Source of the DNA: an uncultured Ruminococcus sp.
GTDB taxonomy: Bacteria; Bacillota; Clostridia; Oscillospirales; Ruminococcaceae
Direction of reading: 5' to 3'
Assembly (NCBI GenBank): GCA_964501705.1
Contig: CAZCUQ010000002.1
Location: 1 to 55,532 of the forward strand
Length of the DNA stretch: 55,532 bases
This document shows, piece by piece, positions 33,651 through 43,269 of the stretch. The notes under the pieces were generated by a model. It was not told the DNA's origin. It ran no database searches and saw only the letters and a list, made by a program, of their open reading frames with translations. Every line of letters starts with the position of its first letter. Position 1 is the stretch's first letter. The position numbers and the translations under genes are program-made.

Positions 33651-34444
33651 ATCAGAAGCCTCTTTCCGAGAACGTAAAGCGCGGCTGCTCTGCCCGCAAT
33701 TTCCTCGCTGTCGGAGCAGTCCGCCTGTTTTTTGTTGACTGACATGATTTTCTCATCATCGAGGTTTTTCATAAGGATATACTCCGCGTCGGGTATATTG
33801 TCAACATCTTCGGAAAGCGCCGTTTCGATAAGCTCGGTGATTATGTAAGGATCTGTAAATTCATAGGGAATATCGTTTGTATACGGCGAATCCGCGTAGA
33901 AATCCCGAAGCTCCGCGTCGAGGAGCTTTGCTTCTTTGGTTTTGCGCGATATTCTGAATGTATTCGGAATAATTATAAATGAAGGAACTATACCCGCAAA
34001 TATGCAAATAAGCATAAGCAGCATTGCGAGACTTCCCGCAGCATCCGCAAAACGCACAAGCACGAAATAAAACATCAGTGCCGAAACTAATCCCATTATA
34101 AAGATAGGGACAGCGCATAGTCTCGAAAGCTGCTCGGCGTCCATAAGAACGCTGTCGCGATGTGCGTAAACGGAAGATTTCTCCGAGAAATATCTTTTTA
34201 TTTCCGAAAGCTTTTCTTTTGCGTAAAGATCATCCGCACAAGACAGCGAAAAATCTATTCCGTTTGTGAGCGTTTCGGAAGTATTATCGTTATCAAGCGA
34301 AAAATCAATATCGCTTGTCATATCTCCGGTATTATCGTCAAGACTGAAATCGATATCGGAAATAACATCGGTAAGTCTCTCTTCGGAGTTTTCTTCTTCC
34401 CTGAAGCGCGTACCGACGCTTCCTTCTCTGAATCGTTCTGCCAT
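33647..34444 (-). CDS. Hypothetical membrane protein with repeated acidic IDFSLD motifs
   Basis: I prefer the ATG at 34444 (AGGAAAGGA upstream). Three DIDFSLD/GIDFSL repeats, then two TM segments. ATGA overlap with the downstream gene. Confidence 0.5.
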   Translation of the reverse strand: MAERFREGSVGTRFREEENSEERLTDVISDIDFSLDDNTGDMTSDIDFSLDNDNTSETLTNGIDFSLSCADDLYAKEKLSEIKRYFSEKSSVYAHRDSVLMDAEQLSRLCAVPIFIMGLVSALMFYFVLVRFADAAGSLAMLLMLICIFAGIVPSFIIIPNTFRISRKTKEAKLLDAELRDFYADSPYTNDIPYEFTDPYIITELIETALSEDVDNIPDAEYILMKNLDDEKIMSVNKKQADCSDSEEIAGRAAALYVLGKRLLI

Positions 34445-34696
34445 AGTTTGTCCTTTCCTAAAGGGTATTGGTTTTCGGGAAAGTCTGATATTCATCCCGT
34501 CAATTCAATAAAGTATTTCCGTCTGTTTTTTCGGCAGGAGGAATACATATATTCATATTATAATACATTCCTAAGAAAATTTCAAGTCAAAAGTATTGTC
34601 TTTTGCGGAAAAATATGTTATAATTAAAACGAACGGGAAAAAGAATCCGTGATTTCCCGCGCCGATGACAAAATACCGGAAACAAGAGGTATCATT

Positions 34697-36358
34697 ATGG
34701 AAAATTTACAGAAAAACGAAAAAAATCCGAATGCGGATAAATTCAGAAAATCGCTTCTTTTGTTCGCGGTGCTGAATTTCACGCTTTTCATATATCTTCC
34801 GAGCGACAGCTATATCGGCAATACCGAGAGCTTCAAATTCGGATATCATATGTTTATCTTCATGTTTGTGGGCTTTGCGGCGGTTTTAAGCGTTATCGCG
34901 GCGATGATTTCTTCCGTAATTCCCGAAAAAATATACCGCGCCGTTTCGGGGATAACGGCAGGGCTTACTTTCTGTTTTTATATTCAGTATATGTTTTTTA
35001 ACGGTTACCTTCCCGAACTTGACGGTTCTGAGATAGAATGGGACAGAAATATCGGATACGGAATAATTACGCTTGTTATTCTTGCGGGAGTGCTGATTTT
35101 ATCCGCGGCGGCGGCTCTTAAACGGCAGGAATTTTTCGATAAGGTGATACTGAAAATAAGCGCCGCTGTAGGAGCGGTTCAAGCTGTTTCTCTTGCGTTT
35201 TTGCTTATCACCTCGGGAGAACTTCTCGAATCGGATACGGCATATTTCAGCGGGAGCGAGCAGTATACCGTTTCATCAAAAGAGAATATTATCGTGTTCG
35301 TTCTTGACGCGGTTGACAACGGTTACATAAAAACTGTTCTTGAGGAATCACCGCAGGAGTTTGACATCTACGGGGATTTCACGCTGTATACCAATACCTG
35401 CACGGTTTTCAGCTTTACTGACACTTCGTTTACACAGCTTTTCACGGGAGCGGGATATGAAAGCGGCATAAGCGTGAGCGAATGGCAGAAAAAAGCATGG
35501 AACAGCGAATCTGCGGCGGATTTCTACGACAGGCTTCACAGCGCGGGATATACTGTCAACGTATATTCTCTTGAAACGGAAAAGGCGTCATACTGTCTCG
35601 GAAAAATCGATAACTGCATAAGCTACGATTCAAAGGACAGCGGCGACTTCACGATTAATTACGGCGAGATTTTCAAAAACTTTAACGATCTCACATTTTT
35701 CAGAGTCTTTCCGTATCTTCTGAAAAGATTCACCCCGTACAGGGAAATAGGTTTTTCCGACTGCATAACCTACGATTCAAAAGTGTATTACGAAAATGAT
35801 GAGTTCAGAGATAATCTGGAGCTTAAACTTTCGGAAAGCGATAATAAGTATTTTACAGCCATTCATCTTGACGGAGCGCACCAGCCCTGTCCCGATTATA
35901 TCGAAAGAACGAAAGATCTTCTTCGGATGGTCGGAGAATATATGGATGAACTCAGGCGTCTCGGAGTGTACGACAGCTCCGACATAATCATCACTGCCGA
36001 CCACGGTTCGCACAGCTACGATGTTTTTGCGTCCACTCCCATGCTTATGATAAAAAGGAAAAACGAAACCGGGACGGAAATGAGACTTGATTCTTCTCCC
36101 GTTTATCATGCGGATTTCCGTGCAACTATCCTTTCCATGGCAGGACTCTATGACGATTTCTCCGATTCGGAGGAATACGGCCGTCCTTATTATTACTATA
36201 AAGAGGACGATACCCGCGAAAGAATATGGTACGAAAAGAGAATAGACAGGGACGACCTTAAATTCAACTCCATGGACGCTTATTACGGCTTTAAGTATAC
36301 GGGAGATACAGACGAACTTGAAAGGGTCGTTAAGGAAGAATACGGCATTGTCAATTAA
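34697..36358 (+). CDS. Polytopic membrane protein with C-terminal sulfatase / LTA-synthase-like (alkaline phosphatase superfamily) domain
   Basis: I prefer the ATG at 34697 (AAGAGGT upstream). About 5 TM segments, then IIVFVLDAVD ... TAIHLDGAHQP ... IIITADHGSH. Confidence 0.55.
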   Translation: MENLQKNEKNPNADKFRKSLLLFAVLNFTLFIYLPSDSYIGNTESFKFGYHMFIFMFVGFAAVLSVIAAMISSVIPEKIYRAVSGITAGLTFCFYIQYMFFNGYLPELDGSEIEWDRNIGYGIITLVILAGVLILSAAAALKRQEFFDKVILKISAAVGAVQAVSLAFLLITSGELLESDTAYFSGSEQYTVSSKENIIVFVLDAVDNGYIKTVLEESPQEFDIYGDFTLYTNTCTVFSFTDTSFTQLFTGAGYESGISVSEWQKKAWNSESAADFYDRLHSAGYTVNVYSLETEKASYCLGKIDNCISYDSKDSGDFTINYGEIFKNFNDLTFFRVFPYLLKRFTPYREIGFSDCITYDSKVYYENDEFRDNLELKLSESDNKYFTAIHLDGAHQPCPDYIERTKDLLRMVGEYMDELRRLGVYDSSDIIITADHGSHSYDVFASTPMLMIKRKNETGTEMRLDSSPVYHADFRATILSMAGLYDDFSDSEEYGRPYYYYKEDDTRERIWYEKRIDRDDLKFNSMDAYYGFKYTGDTDELERVVKEEYGIVN

Positions 36359-36381
36359 CCGCGTTTTATGAACACAAGTTC

Positions 36382-37434
36382 TCAAATATCCGCCTTAACA
36401 AATTCCTCATAGAATTTCTCCATGCATTTTATGCTGCCGGTTGAGACTCTCACCCAGCCTTCCAGTATTCCGCGAGAATAATCTCTGACCCAGACACCGC
36501 GTTTTTTCAGTTCGGCAACGATCTCCCCGGAAGGGCGGTTCGGTTTGAAAAGCACATAATTGCCCTCAGCGGAGAACACTTTATATCCCGAGTCGATGAG
36601 CTTGTTTGTAAGCCATTTTCTGCCCTTCGCTTCAGTTCTGATAAGCTGCTCATTAAGCTCGGGGCGCTTCATAAGCTCCTCAGCAAAAAGGATAGCAACA
36701 TTATTAACATTGAATGTGGATTCAGCGTTTTCGATGTAATTGATAAGCCGCTCATTTCCGGAAACATATCCTATTCTCAGACCCGCGCAGGAATAAAGCT
36801 TTGAAAAAGTCCTCAGAACCAAAAGATTATCATATTTTTTAATCAAGGGCATGAATGTGCTTTCACAGAAATAGTGATATGCTTCATCAACAACAACCAA
36901 TGCATTATTTTCGGCAGCCTTTTCAATGATGATCTTTGCGTCATTTTCGCTCCAGCAAACGCCGATAGGGCTGTTTGGATTGAGAAGGATAACGATTCCT
37001 GTGTTTTCGTTTATCTTTGAAAGGATATTATCAATCGATAATGTGAAATCATCATTATACTCAACTGTTTCATGTCCCATTCCAAACATTTTGGAATAGA
37101 CATCGTACATTTCAAATGTTGGCGTAACAGTAAGCAAAGCCTTGTTCTCTTCGCCGAAACACTGGAAGATAAGTCTCATTGCCTCATCAGAACCGCAGGT
37201 GATGGAAATGTTGTCGGCACTTATGCTGTTATGTTCTGCAAGAAGTGCGGCTAGTCTGTCTTTTTCGGGATATGCCGCAATAAAAGACGGCGTTATCTTC
37301 TTCTTAACTTCTTCAACGAACTCAACAGGCAAACCTTCGGGATTCTCGTTCATATCAAGACGGAGTACGCTCCCGCGCTCATCATGAAATTTTACACGAT
37401 AAAGGTCTTTTATGTTCTTGTTGACATAATTCAT
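36382..37434 (-). CDS. Class I/II (HisC-family) PLP-dependent aminotransferase/decarboxylase
   Basis: LRLDMNENPEGLP and FSKLYSCAGLRIGY (PLP Lys). ATG at 37434 with GAGGTG 7 nt upstream. Confidence 0.7.
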   Translation of the reverse strand: MNYVNKNIKDLYRVKFHDERGSVLRLDMNENPEGLPVEFVEEVKKKITPSFIAAYPEKDRLAALLAEHNSISADNISITCGSDEAMRLIFQCFGEENKALLTVTPTFEMYDVYSKMFGMGHETVEYNDDFTLSIDNILSKINENTGIVILLNPNSPIGVCWSENDAKIIIEKAAENNALVVVDEAYHYFCESTFMPLIKKYDNLLVLRTFSKLYSCAGLRIGYVSGNERLINYIENAESTFNVNNVAILFAEELMKRPELNEQLIRTEAKGRKWLTNKLIDSGYKVFSAEGNYVLFKPNRPSGEIVAELKKRGVWVRDYSRGILEGWVRVSTGSIKCMEKFYEEFVKADI

Positions 37435-37512
37435 CAAAAATCACCTCTCAAAAATTGTTTACCAGCGGTCTGTTTCGCTGAATTCGGTTTACTCTGTTCA
37501 ATCTGTGACTGC

Positions 37513-38226
37513 TCATATGGGTGTCCTCTTCTTTTCGATATATTTGAGAATTCTTTCATAATCATCAAAATAATCTATCTCAGACCAAAACTTTCCGTCA
37601 ACATCAACCGTGTAGATATTTCTTTCTTCCGCTAAAGAATACAGAACATTCTCCCACCAGAGATCATGATGACTTTCCATAATAAGCTCTTCCATCTTAT
37701 TAATAAAAACAGGCAGGAAAGCTTTTGTTATCTTGCATACGCCTACATATTCACAGGTGCGTTTTTCAAGGGGAAGATCCTTGCCATACGCGGTGATACA
37801 GCCATTATCGGTAGTAGTGAAGAAATAGTCTCCTGCCTCAACTCTGGTTTTATCGATTGCCATTACAACTTCATTGGGGTCATCAAGAACAAGCTTCAGA
37901 ATATCAGATGAAAAAAACACGTCAGCATTCATGATTATCAAATCTTCATTCAAATAATCCTTGGCAAACCAAAGACTTGCGATACTGTTGGTAACATCAA
38001 AAAAAGGATTGACGCAATACGTAATATCAAGACCGTTAAGAGAGGCGTAAATTTTTTCTTTCTGATAACCAACGCATACAACACATTTAATGTCTGCGGA
38101 TGACAAAAGCGTAACCGTGCGGCGAATAAGCGGAACGCCGTCTATAGGCAAAGTTGACTTGGGAACAGCCTCAACCATTCTTGATATTCTTGTTCCGCAG
38201 CCCGCCGCAAGAAGTATTGCTTTCAT
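37513..38226 (-). CDS. Nucleotidyltransferase (LicC / sugar- or phospho-alcohol cytidylyltransferase-like)
   Basis: MKAILLAAGCGTRISRM ... PKSTLPIDG is the NTP_transferase signature. Confidence 0.7.
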   Translation of the reverse strand: MKAILLAAGCGTRISRMVEAVPKSTLPIDGVPLIRRTVTLLSSADIKCVVCVGYQKEKIYASLNGLDITYCVNPFFDVTNSIASLWFAKDYLNEDLIIMNADVFFSSDILKLVLDDPNEVVMAIDKTRVEAGDYFFTTTDNGCITAYGKDLPLEKRTCEYVGVCKITKAFLPVFINKMEELIMESHHDLWWENVLYSLAEERNIYTVDVDGKFWSEIDYFDDYERILKYIEKKRTPI

Positions 38227-38256
38227 AATATCACTTCCTCGTATAATTAATCCTTA

Positions 38257-40323
38257 TTATTTTACCGTATTCCGCGCCGTTTGCGGGTCGTGCGGCGCTG
38301 CTTTAAGCCTTTTCAGTACATATTTCCCGTATATTTTTCTGCTGTTACCCACATTGAAGATATGCTCGTGCAGAGTTTTTTCGATCTGTTCTCTGTAAAA
38401 TTCCCTTTTTCCGATAAGCTCGTCCGCCGTTTTAAGTATATCGGCGGCATTTTCGGGGGAAACGCTTTTTCCTATCACACTACGCAAAGTAATATTTATC
38501 GGCTTTGTTTTTATTCTGTCATATTCGGGATTCATTATCTTCATCGGAGTATCGACAAAAAGAACGGGACGCTTTGTCGTGAATGCGTACTCGAAGGATA
38601 TATCCGACCAGTCGGTGATAAGCAGATCCGCTTCGAGAACAGGATTATTCGATGAAAAATCCGTCTGTATAACTGCTTTCGTTCCCTTGTATTTTTCTTT
38701 AAGGATATCGAATTTTTCGGGATTATGTCTTACCATCTGCGGATGCGGGCGGAGAATTATCTCATAATTACCGCCAAGAAGACTGTCGATTATTTCCGTA
38801 ACGCAGCTTTCGGCGATATTTCCCTCATGCCACGACGGAGCTATCAGGATTATCGGAGGATCGTTCTTTTTATGTTCCTTTTTTTCATAATCGGCTAACA
38901 TATCGTCAAGGAGCATATAGCCCGCCTCGATAAGGGTTTTCTTTTTTGTGCCGTATAATTCCTCAGCGTCTCTCACCTCGTTTTCGGAATCTATGCCCAC
39001 GCAGAACATGGTATCGTAATGGTCAAGCGCACCCTTTCTGAGCGTAAGCGCGTTGCTTCCCATTCCATGGCATATGTATACATATTCGATATCTTTTCTC
39101 ACCCTTGAGCGTTTGATGTGGAATTTCTCAAGATCGGGCACAGTCATTATGCACATATCGCAGTCAAGCTTCATGAAAAGCGGGATAAGGTACTTGTCGC
39201 GGGCGCAGTAGTACGCGTGTATCTGCGCTCTTTTGTCATCGAATATCTTATCATCGGGGTCGCTTGTGACGTAGTGGATATCTATATCGGAATTTTCGCA
39301 TATGTAGTCTATAAGTCCCGCGTAGTATTTGTAGAATCCGTTCGATTCGGAATAGAACATCAGCCGCATATCCGCAACGGACATAAAGCGTTTATAATCA
39401 GCCTTTTCTTTTCCCGCGTGTTTTCTTAGGAAAGCCTCCTTATTCTCTCTGCTTTTCCTTGCCCTTTTGATCTCATCGATATTTACGTATTTTCCGGGAG
39501 GAATGACCGCGTTCAGCAAAAGCATACTCGGAATGGAAAAAAGATTTCCGCATATCCAGTAAACTCCCACTCCCGCAGGAACAAGAAACGCAAAATACGA
39601 GGAAAACGCGATCATAAACACCGTAACGCCGTATCGGTTCAGTTTTCCCGCGCTGAGCTGCAAAACATTTATCCTGTTCTGCACGGCGCACATTGCAAGA
39701 GCGCTGAGTCCCGCGAGAAACGGTATAACAAGCAGAAGAGAAGCGTCTTTAAGCGACGGTCTTTGTCCGAGATTTATTCCGCAGAATTCTATGTCAAAAT
39801 CCTTTATGCGGGAGACGGTTTCGGAGCTTACCGTATCGGGCGCGGGACTGCCGTTTTGTATATAGCGTATCACCTCAAGCTCCGCAGTGCTTCCCGCGTC
39901 TGTCACTCCCATGTCGGAGACGAGCCATTTCTTTAATATTTCCGTATCGTTTTCACTCACATCCAGAAGATATGTCATTGGATTGTAGACAGCTCCGAGA
40001 AGTCCGAAAATCAGAAGAAGCTGTATCACGACAGGAATTATATTAAGCGAGGTGTGATAGTGATTCCTTTTGTAAAGCGCGAGCTGTTCATCGGCAAGCT
40101 TATCCTTATCATCGAAGAATTTATTTTTGAGCGCTTCAAGCTGAGGCTGCATCTGTGCCATTTTTATGGAATTTTTCTGAATAAGTATATTTACGGGAAA
40201 AAGTATCACTTTAGTAAGCAGCGTAAACAGAATAAGACTTATCCCGTAGTTTCCCGCAAGAAAGTAGCATACCTTCATAATCCCGCCGGTAATATCGCTT
40301 ATTATGTCAATTATCGCGTTCAA
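38257..40323 (-). CDS. Fusion protein: N-terminal YidC/Oxa1-type membrane insertase + C-terminal CDP-glycerol glycerophosphotransferase (TagB/TagF family)
   Basis: TTG start at 40323 with GGAGGG 8 nt upstream. N-terminal GNYGISLILFTLLTKVILFPV ... MQPQLEALKNKF ... LYKRNHYH ... GVGVYWICGNLFS is YidC-like. C-terminal ILIAPSWHEG ... LRPHPQM ... ADLLITDWSDISFEYAF ... PVLFVD is TagF-like. Confidence 0.65.
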   Translation of the reverse strand: MNAIIDIISDITGGIMKVCYFLAGNYGISLILFTLLTKVILFPVNILIQKNSIKMAQMQPQLEALKNKFFDDKDKLADEQLALYKRNHYHTSLNIIPVVIQLLLIFGLLGAVYNPMTYLLDVSENDTEILKKWLVSDMGVTDAGSTAELEVIRYIQNGSPAPDTVSSETVSRIKDFDIEFCGINLGQRPSLKDASLLLVIPFLAGLSALAMCAVQNRINVLQLSAGKLNRYGVTVFMIAFSSYFAFLVPAGVGVYWICGNLFSIPSMLLLNAVIPPGKYVNIDEIKRARKSRENKEAFLRKHAGKEKADYKRFMSVADMRLMFYSESNGFYKYYAGLIDYICENSDIDIHYVTSDPDDKIFDDKRAQIHAYYCARDKYLIPLFMKLDCDMCIMTVPDLEKFHIKRSRVRKDIEYVYICHGMGSNALTLRKGALDHYDTMFCVGIDSENEVRDAEELYGTKKKTLIEAGYMLLDDMLADYEKKEHKKNDPPIILIAPSWHEGNIAESCVTEIIDSLLGGNYEIILRPHPQMVRHNPEKFDILKEKYKGTKAVIQTDFSSNNPVLEADLLITDWSDISFEYAFTTKRPVLFVDTPMKIMNPEYDRIKTKPINITLRSVIGKSVSPENAADILKTADELIGKREFYREQIEKTLHEHIFNVGNSRKIYGKYVLKRLKAAPHDPQTARNTVK

Positions 40324-40433
40324 TTCCTATACCCTCCGATACACATTGTTTGCATAATACACATTATACTCCAAAACGGCGTAAATGTCAAGCTTTTTTA
40401 TTTCCCGGAGCGCGCGGGAAGTCCCGGTTACAT

Positions 40434-40535
40434 TATAGTAAACGACATTAAAATTTGTGCTTTCAGTCTGCGCAAAAATCATATATGCAAATTTTTGCTT
40501 GACTTCAAGTCAAATTTTTAATGCCGTTGACTATA
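40434..40535 (+). repeat. Copy 4 of the dispersed repeat (full length, reference copy)
   Basis: TATAGTAAACGACATTAAAATTTGTGCTTTCAGTCTGCGCAAAAATCATATATGCAAATTTTTGCTTGACTTCAAGTCAAATTTTTAATGCCGTTGACTATA. Lies 88 nt upstream of CDS 40624. Confidence 0.9.
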
Positions 40536-40623
40536 AATCGAAAGAAACGCATAAATCAAAAACGGCAGGAATACATTTATATAAACGTCAGAAGGCGTTA
40601 CTAAAGATCAGGAGGGAAAACCT

Positions 40624-41619
40624 ATGAATAACAATGAAAGTCTCGACAGCATGGCAAGGCGCTATAAGGACGAAATGATGCGCCTTTATCATTCGGGCGG
40701 GAGCGGCGGAACGGGTAATGCCGCTCCCATGCAAAATAACGTTCCTCAAGGAAACTTCACGGCAAGACAGGTCGAAACGGGTCAGTGCAGATTCATGTCA
40801 GCAGAAGAAATAATCGGAAATCAGGGAGGCGATATCTCGCAGATACCGATGCCGATCGCCGCTCCTTACAGCGGGGAACAAAATATGAATAACACAGGGA
40901 ATAATCTCGCCGCAAGCGGATCTGTCAATATGGACGGCAATTCCCGAAATTCCTCCGGCGAGAATATCTTCGTACCCATGAACCCGGCTGCAGGCGGAAA
41001 TTCCGCAGCCGGCACTCTTGCGTATGCCGCGTCGGAAAGCAATGAGGGTACTCCGATCCGCGCCGTAATGATAAACACAGCTCAGACGGCAAACGCAAAC
41101 GCTGCCTCTGCGAACGATTCGGAAGTTTATTCCGAGCTTCTTCCCGCATTTGAATTCCCCGCCGATCTTGACGAGAACGCGGCTGTTCCGGAAAGAATAT
41201 CTCCGGGCTTCATCATTTTGGGTTCATGGACAAATCTCACGGGAGACAACGGCTGGGGACTTTTGCAGTTTGAGGTCACGACAGGCTCGCTGGGAAATCC
41301 CGTTCAGGCGGCAACGGTTGTGGTTTCGAGATTTTCGGGAAACACAAGGATACTTACGCGAATCCTTACAACGGATTATTCTGGTCTTACAAAATCAATT
41401 TATCTGCCCGCTCCCCGCTATACCTGCGGAATAGGCTGGTCCTGCACCTCAAGACCGTTCGCTGAGTATAAGGCTTCCGTTTTTGCGAACGGCTATTATC
41501 CCGTAACAGATATTTCCGTTATGATTGAAGCGGGAGTAAAAAGCATACAGCCCGTGGATATGGTGCCTCTTCCGAGTATGGGCACCCGTCCCGGAATCCA
41601 GCCGAGAAGTGGGGACTAA
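40624..41619 (+). CDS. Hypothetical protein (low-complexity Asn/Gly/Ala-rich N-terminus, beta-rich C-terminal domain)
   Basis: AGGAGGGAAAA RBS. No family motif recognised. Translationally close to the downstream SleC-like gene (3-nt gap). Confidence 0.5.
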   Translation: MNNNESLDSMARRYKDEMMRLYHSGGSGGTGNAAPMQNNVPQGNFTARQVETGQCRFMSAEEIIGNQGGDISQIPMPIAAPYSGEQNMNNTGNNLAASGSVNMDGNSRNSSGENIFVPMNPAAGGNSAAGTLAYAASESNEGTPIRAVMINTAQTANANAASANDSEVYSELLPAFEFPADLDENAAVPERISPGFIILGSWTNLTGDNGWGLLQFEVTTGSLGNPVQAATVVVSRFSGNTRILTRILTTDYSGLTKSIYLPAPRYTCGIGWSCTSRPFAEYKASVFANGYYPVTDISVMIEAGVKSIQPVDMVPLPSMGTRPGIQPRSGD

Positions 41620-41622
41620 GCT

Positions 41623-42972
41623 ATGACGGGGATTCCGACTATACCCGACATGATAACTGTTCATGTCGGAAATCCCTCAGATTCTTCGGCGCCGAACATC
41701 ACCATTCCCTTTCCCGAATACATAGCAAACGTCGCTTCGGGAGAATTGTACGCCTCATGGCCCGAAAATGCCCTGAGAGCGAATATCTACGCAATAGTGA
41801 CATTTGCCCTCAACAGAGTGTATACGGAATGGTACCGCTCCAAGGGATATGATTTCGACATTACGTCAACGACTCAGTTCGACCAGACCTTCGACCCGGA
41901 CAGGACCATCTATCAGAATATACGCGAGCTTGCCGATGAGCTTTTCAACGACTACGTGGTTAAAGACGGACAGATCAATCCCTATTTCACGGCATACTGC
42001 GACGGCAGACAGACAAAATGCAGAGGACTTACCCAGTGGGGTACAGTCGAGCTTGCGGAACGCGGATATCTTCCGTATCAGATCCTGCAGTATTTCTACG
42101 GGAATGATATAAATATCGTAAAAAACGCTCCCGTTTCAAGGAATATCCCGTCGTTTGCGGGAACGCCCCTGAGCCTCGGAATCGAGGGGGACGATGTCGC
42201 TCTTATGCAGATACGCTTAAACCGCATAGCGGACAATTATCCCGCAATACCGAAAATAAGCCGCGTCACGGGAGGCTTTTACGAGCAGACCGAACAGACG
42301 GTAAAAGCATTTCAAAGTATATTCGGGCTTAATCCGACGGGTGTTATAGACAAGGCAACATGGTATAAGATATCCTACATTTACACAAGCGTAAAGCGAC
42401 TGTCCGAGCTTGATTCGGAGGGAGTCATTCTTGAAGAAACTCCGTATGAGTTTGCCGACAGCCTGAAAAAAGGAGACAGCGGACTCGGAGCGTCGGTGCT
42501 TCAGTACTATCTTTCGGTGATAGGGGCATACTATGCCTCGGTCGAACCGGTATCCGTAACGGGATATTTCGGAGACGAAACGGAAAACTCCGTGAGATCG
42601 TTCCAGCAGGTCTACGGGCTTCCCGTAACGGGAAAAGTCGATAACGTTACATGGTACGATATCACCCGCGCATATGCGGGGATAGTGGAAAACGCTCCCG
42701 TTTCGACGGAGGGAGGTAATTTTCCGCTTTATCCCGGAGAAATTCTCCGCGAGGGCATGACGAGCGACTATGTAAAAATTATTCAGAGGTATTTATCAAA
42801 GATCCACGAAACATATCCCGATATCCCCGAAGTATCGCAGACGGGGTATTTCGGTCCCGTGACAAAAAGTGCGGTGACAGCTTTTCAGAACAGATACGGA
42901 CTTGACCCGAACGGCAGAGTCAACGCCGTAACATGGGACAGGATAACAAGGGTCTACAAAGAGCTGAGTTAA
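41623..42972 (+). CDS. SleC-like spore cortex-lytic enzyme with three C-terminal PG_binding_1 repeats
   Basis: ITVHVGNP ... YIANVASGELYASWPENALRANIYAIVTFALNRVYTEWYRSKGYDFDITS ... C.GLTQWGTVELA resembles the clostridial SleC catalytic region. Three repeats of the G.FG..T..AV..FQ...GL...G.V...TW type. Confidence 0.65.
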   Translation: MTGIPTIPDMITVHVGNPSDSSAPNITIPFPEYIANVASGELYASWPENALRANIYAIVTFALNRVYTEWYRSKGYDFDITSTTQFDQTFDPDRTIYQNIRELADELFNDYVVKDGQINPYFTAYCDGRQTKCRGLTQWGTVELAERGYLPYQILQYFYGNDINIVKNAPVSRNIPSFAGTPLSLGIEGDDVALMQIRLNRIADNYPAIPKISRVTGGFYEQTEQTVKAFQSIFGLNPTGVIDKATWYKISYIYTSVKRLSELDSEGVILEETPYEFADSLKKGDSGLGASVLQYYLSVIGAYYASVEPVSVTGYFGDETENSVRSFQQVYGLPVTGKVDNVTWYDITRAYAGIVENAPVSTEGGNFPLYPGEILREGMTSDYVKIIQRYLSKIHETYPDIPEVSQTGYFGPVTKSAVTAFQNRYGLDPNGRVNAVTWDRITRVYKELS

Positions 42973-43022
42973 TATCGGCAATTTTTATCCGTGCCGCTTT
43001 TGTGCGTTTTAAAATGCGCGAG

Positions 43023-43080
43023 GGAGAAACTAAAGGGGGAGCGGGATTTTCTTTCGCTCCTCTTTGGTTTCTCCTTTTTT
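43023..43080 (+). terminator. Rho-independent terminator
   Basis: Nested stems GGAGAAAC ... GTTTCTCC and GGAGCG ... CGCTCC, followed by TTTTTT. Confidence 0.7.
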
Positions 43081-43209
43081 GAAGCCTGACCGGGAAAAAC
43101 GAAAATAAATCGGAAATCAACTCGTTAAGACAATTTTTGACGGATGATCGAAATGAAAAGCGGATCCGTCAGCGGAATACTTCTTTTTTCCCGTATTACG
43201 AAAAAAATA

Positions 43210-43238
43210 TTGACAATACGGATTTTTTGATTTATAAT
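43210..43238 (+). promoter_or_regulatory. Sigma-70-type promoter of the cdd-phoH-ybeY-dgkA-era operon
   Basis: TTGACA (43210-43215), 17-nt spacer, TATAAT (43233-43238). Confidence 0.6.
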
Positions 43239-43269
43239 TAAGAAAATACGGAAACAACGGGTGATAATA

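Noticed and set aside
40054-40521. 155-aa plus-strand ORF spanning the yidC-tagF start region and repeat copy 4.
   Set aside because: It overlaps the N-terminus of a well-supported gene on the opposite strand and reads through the repeat element. It has no RBS.
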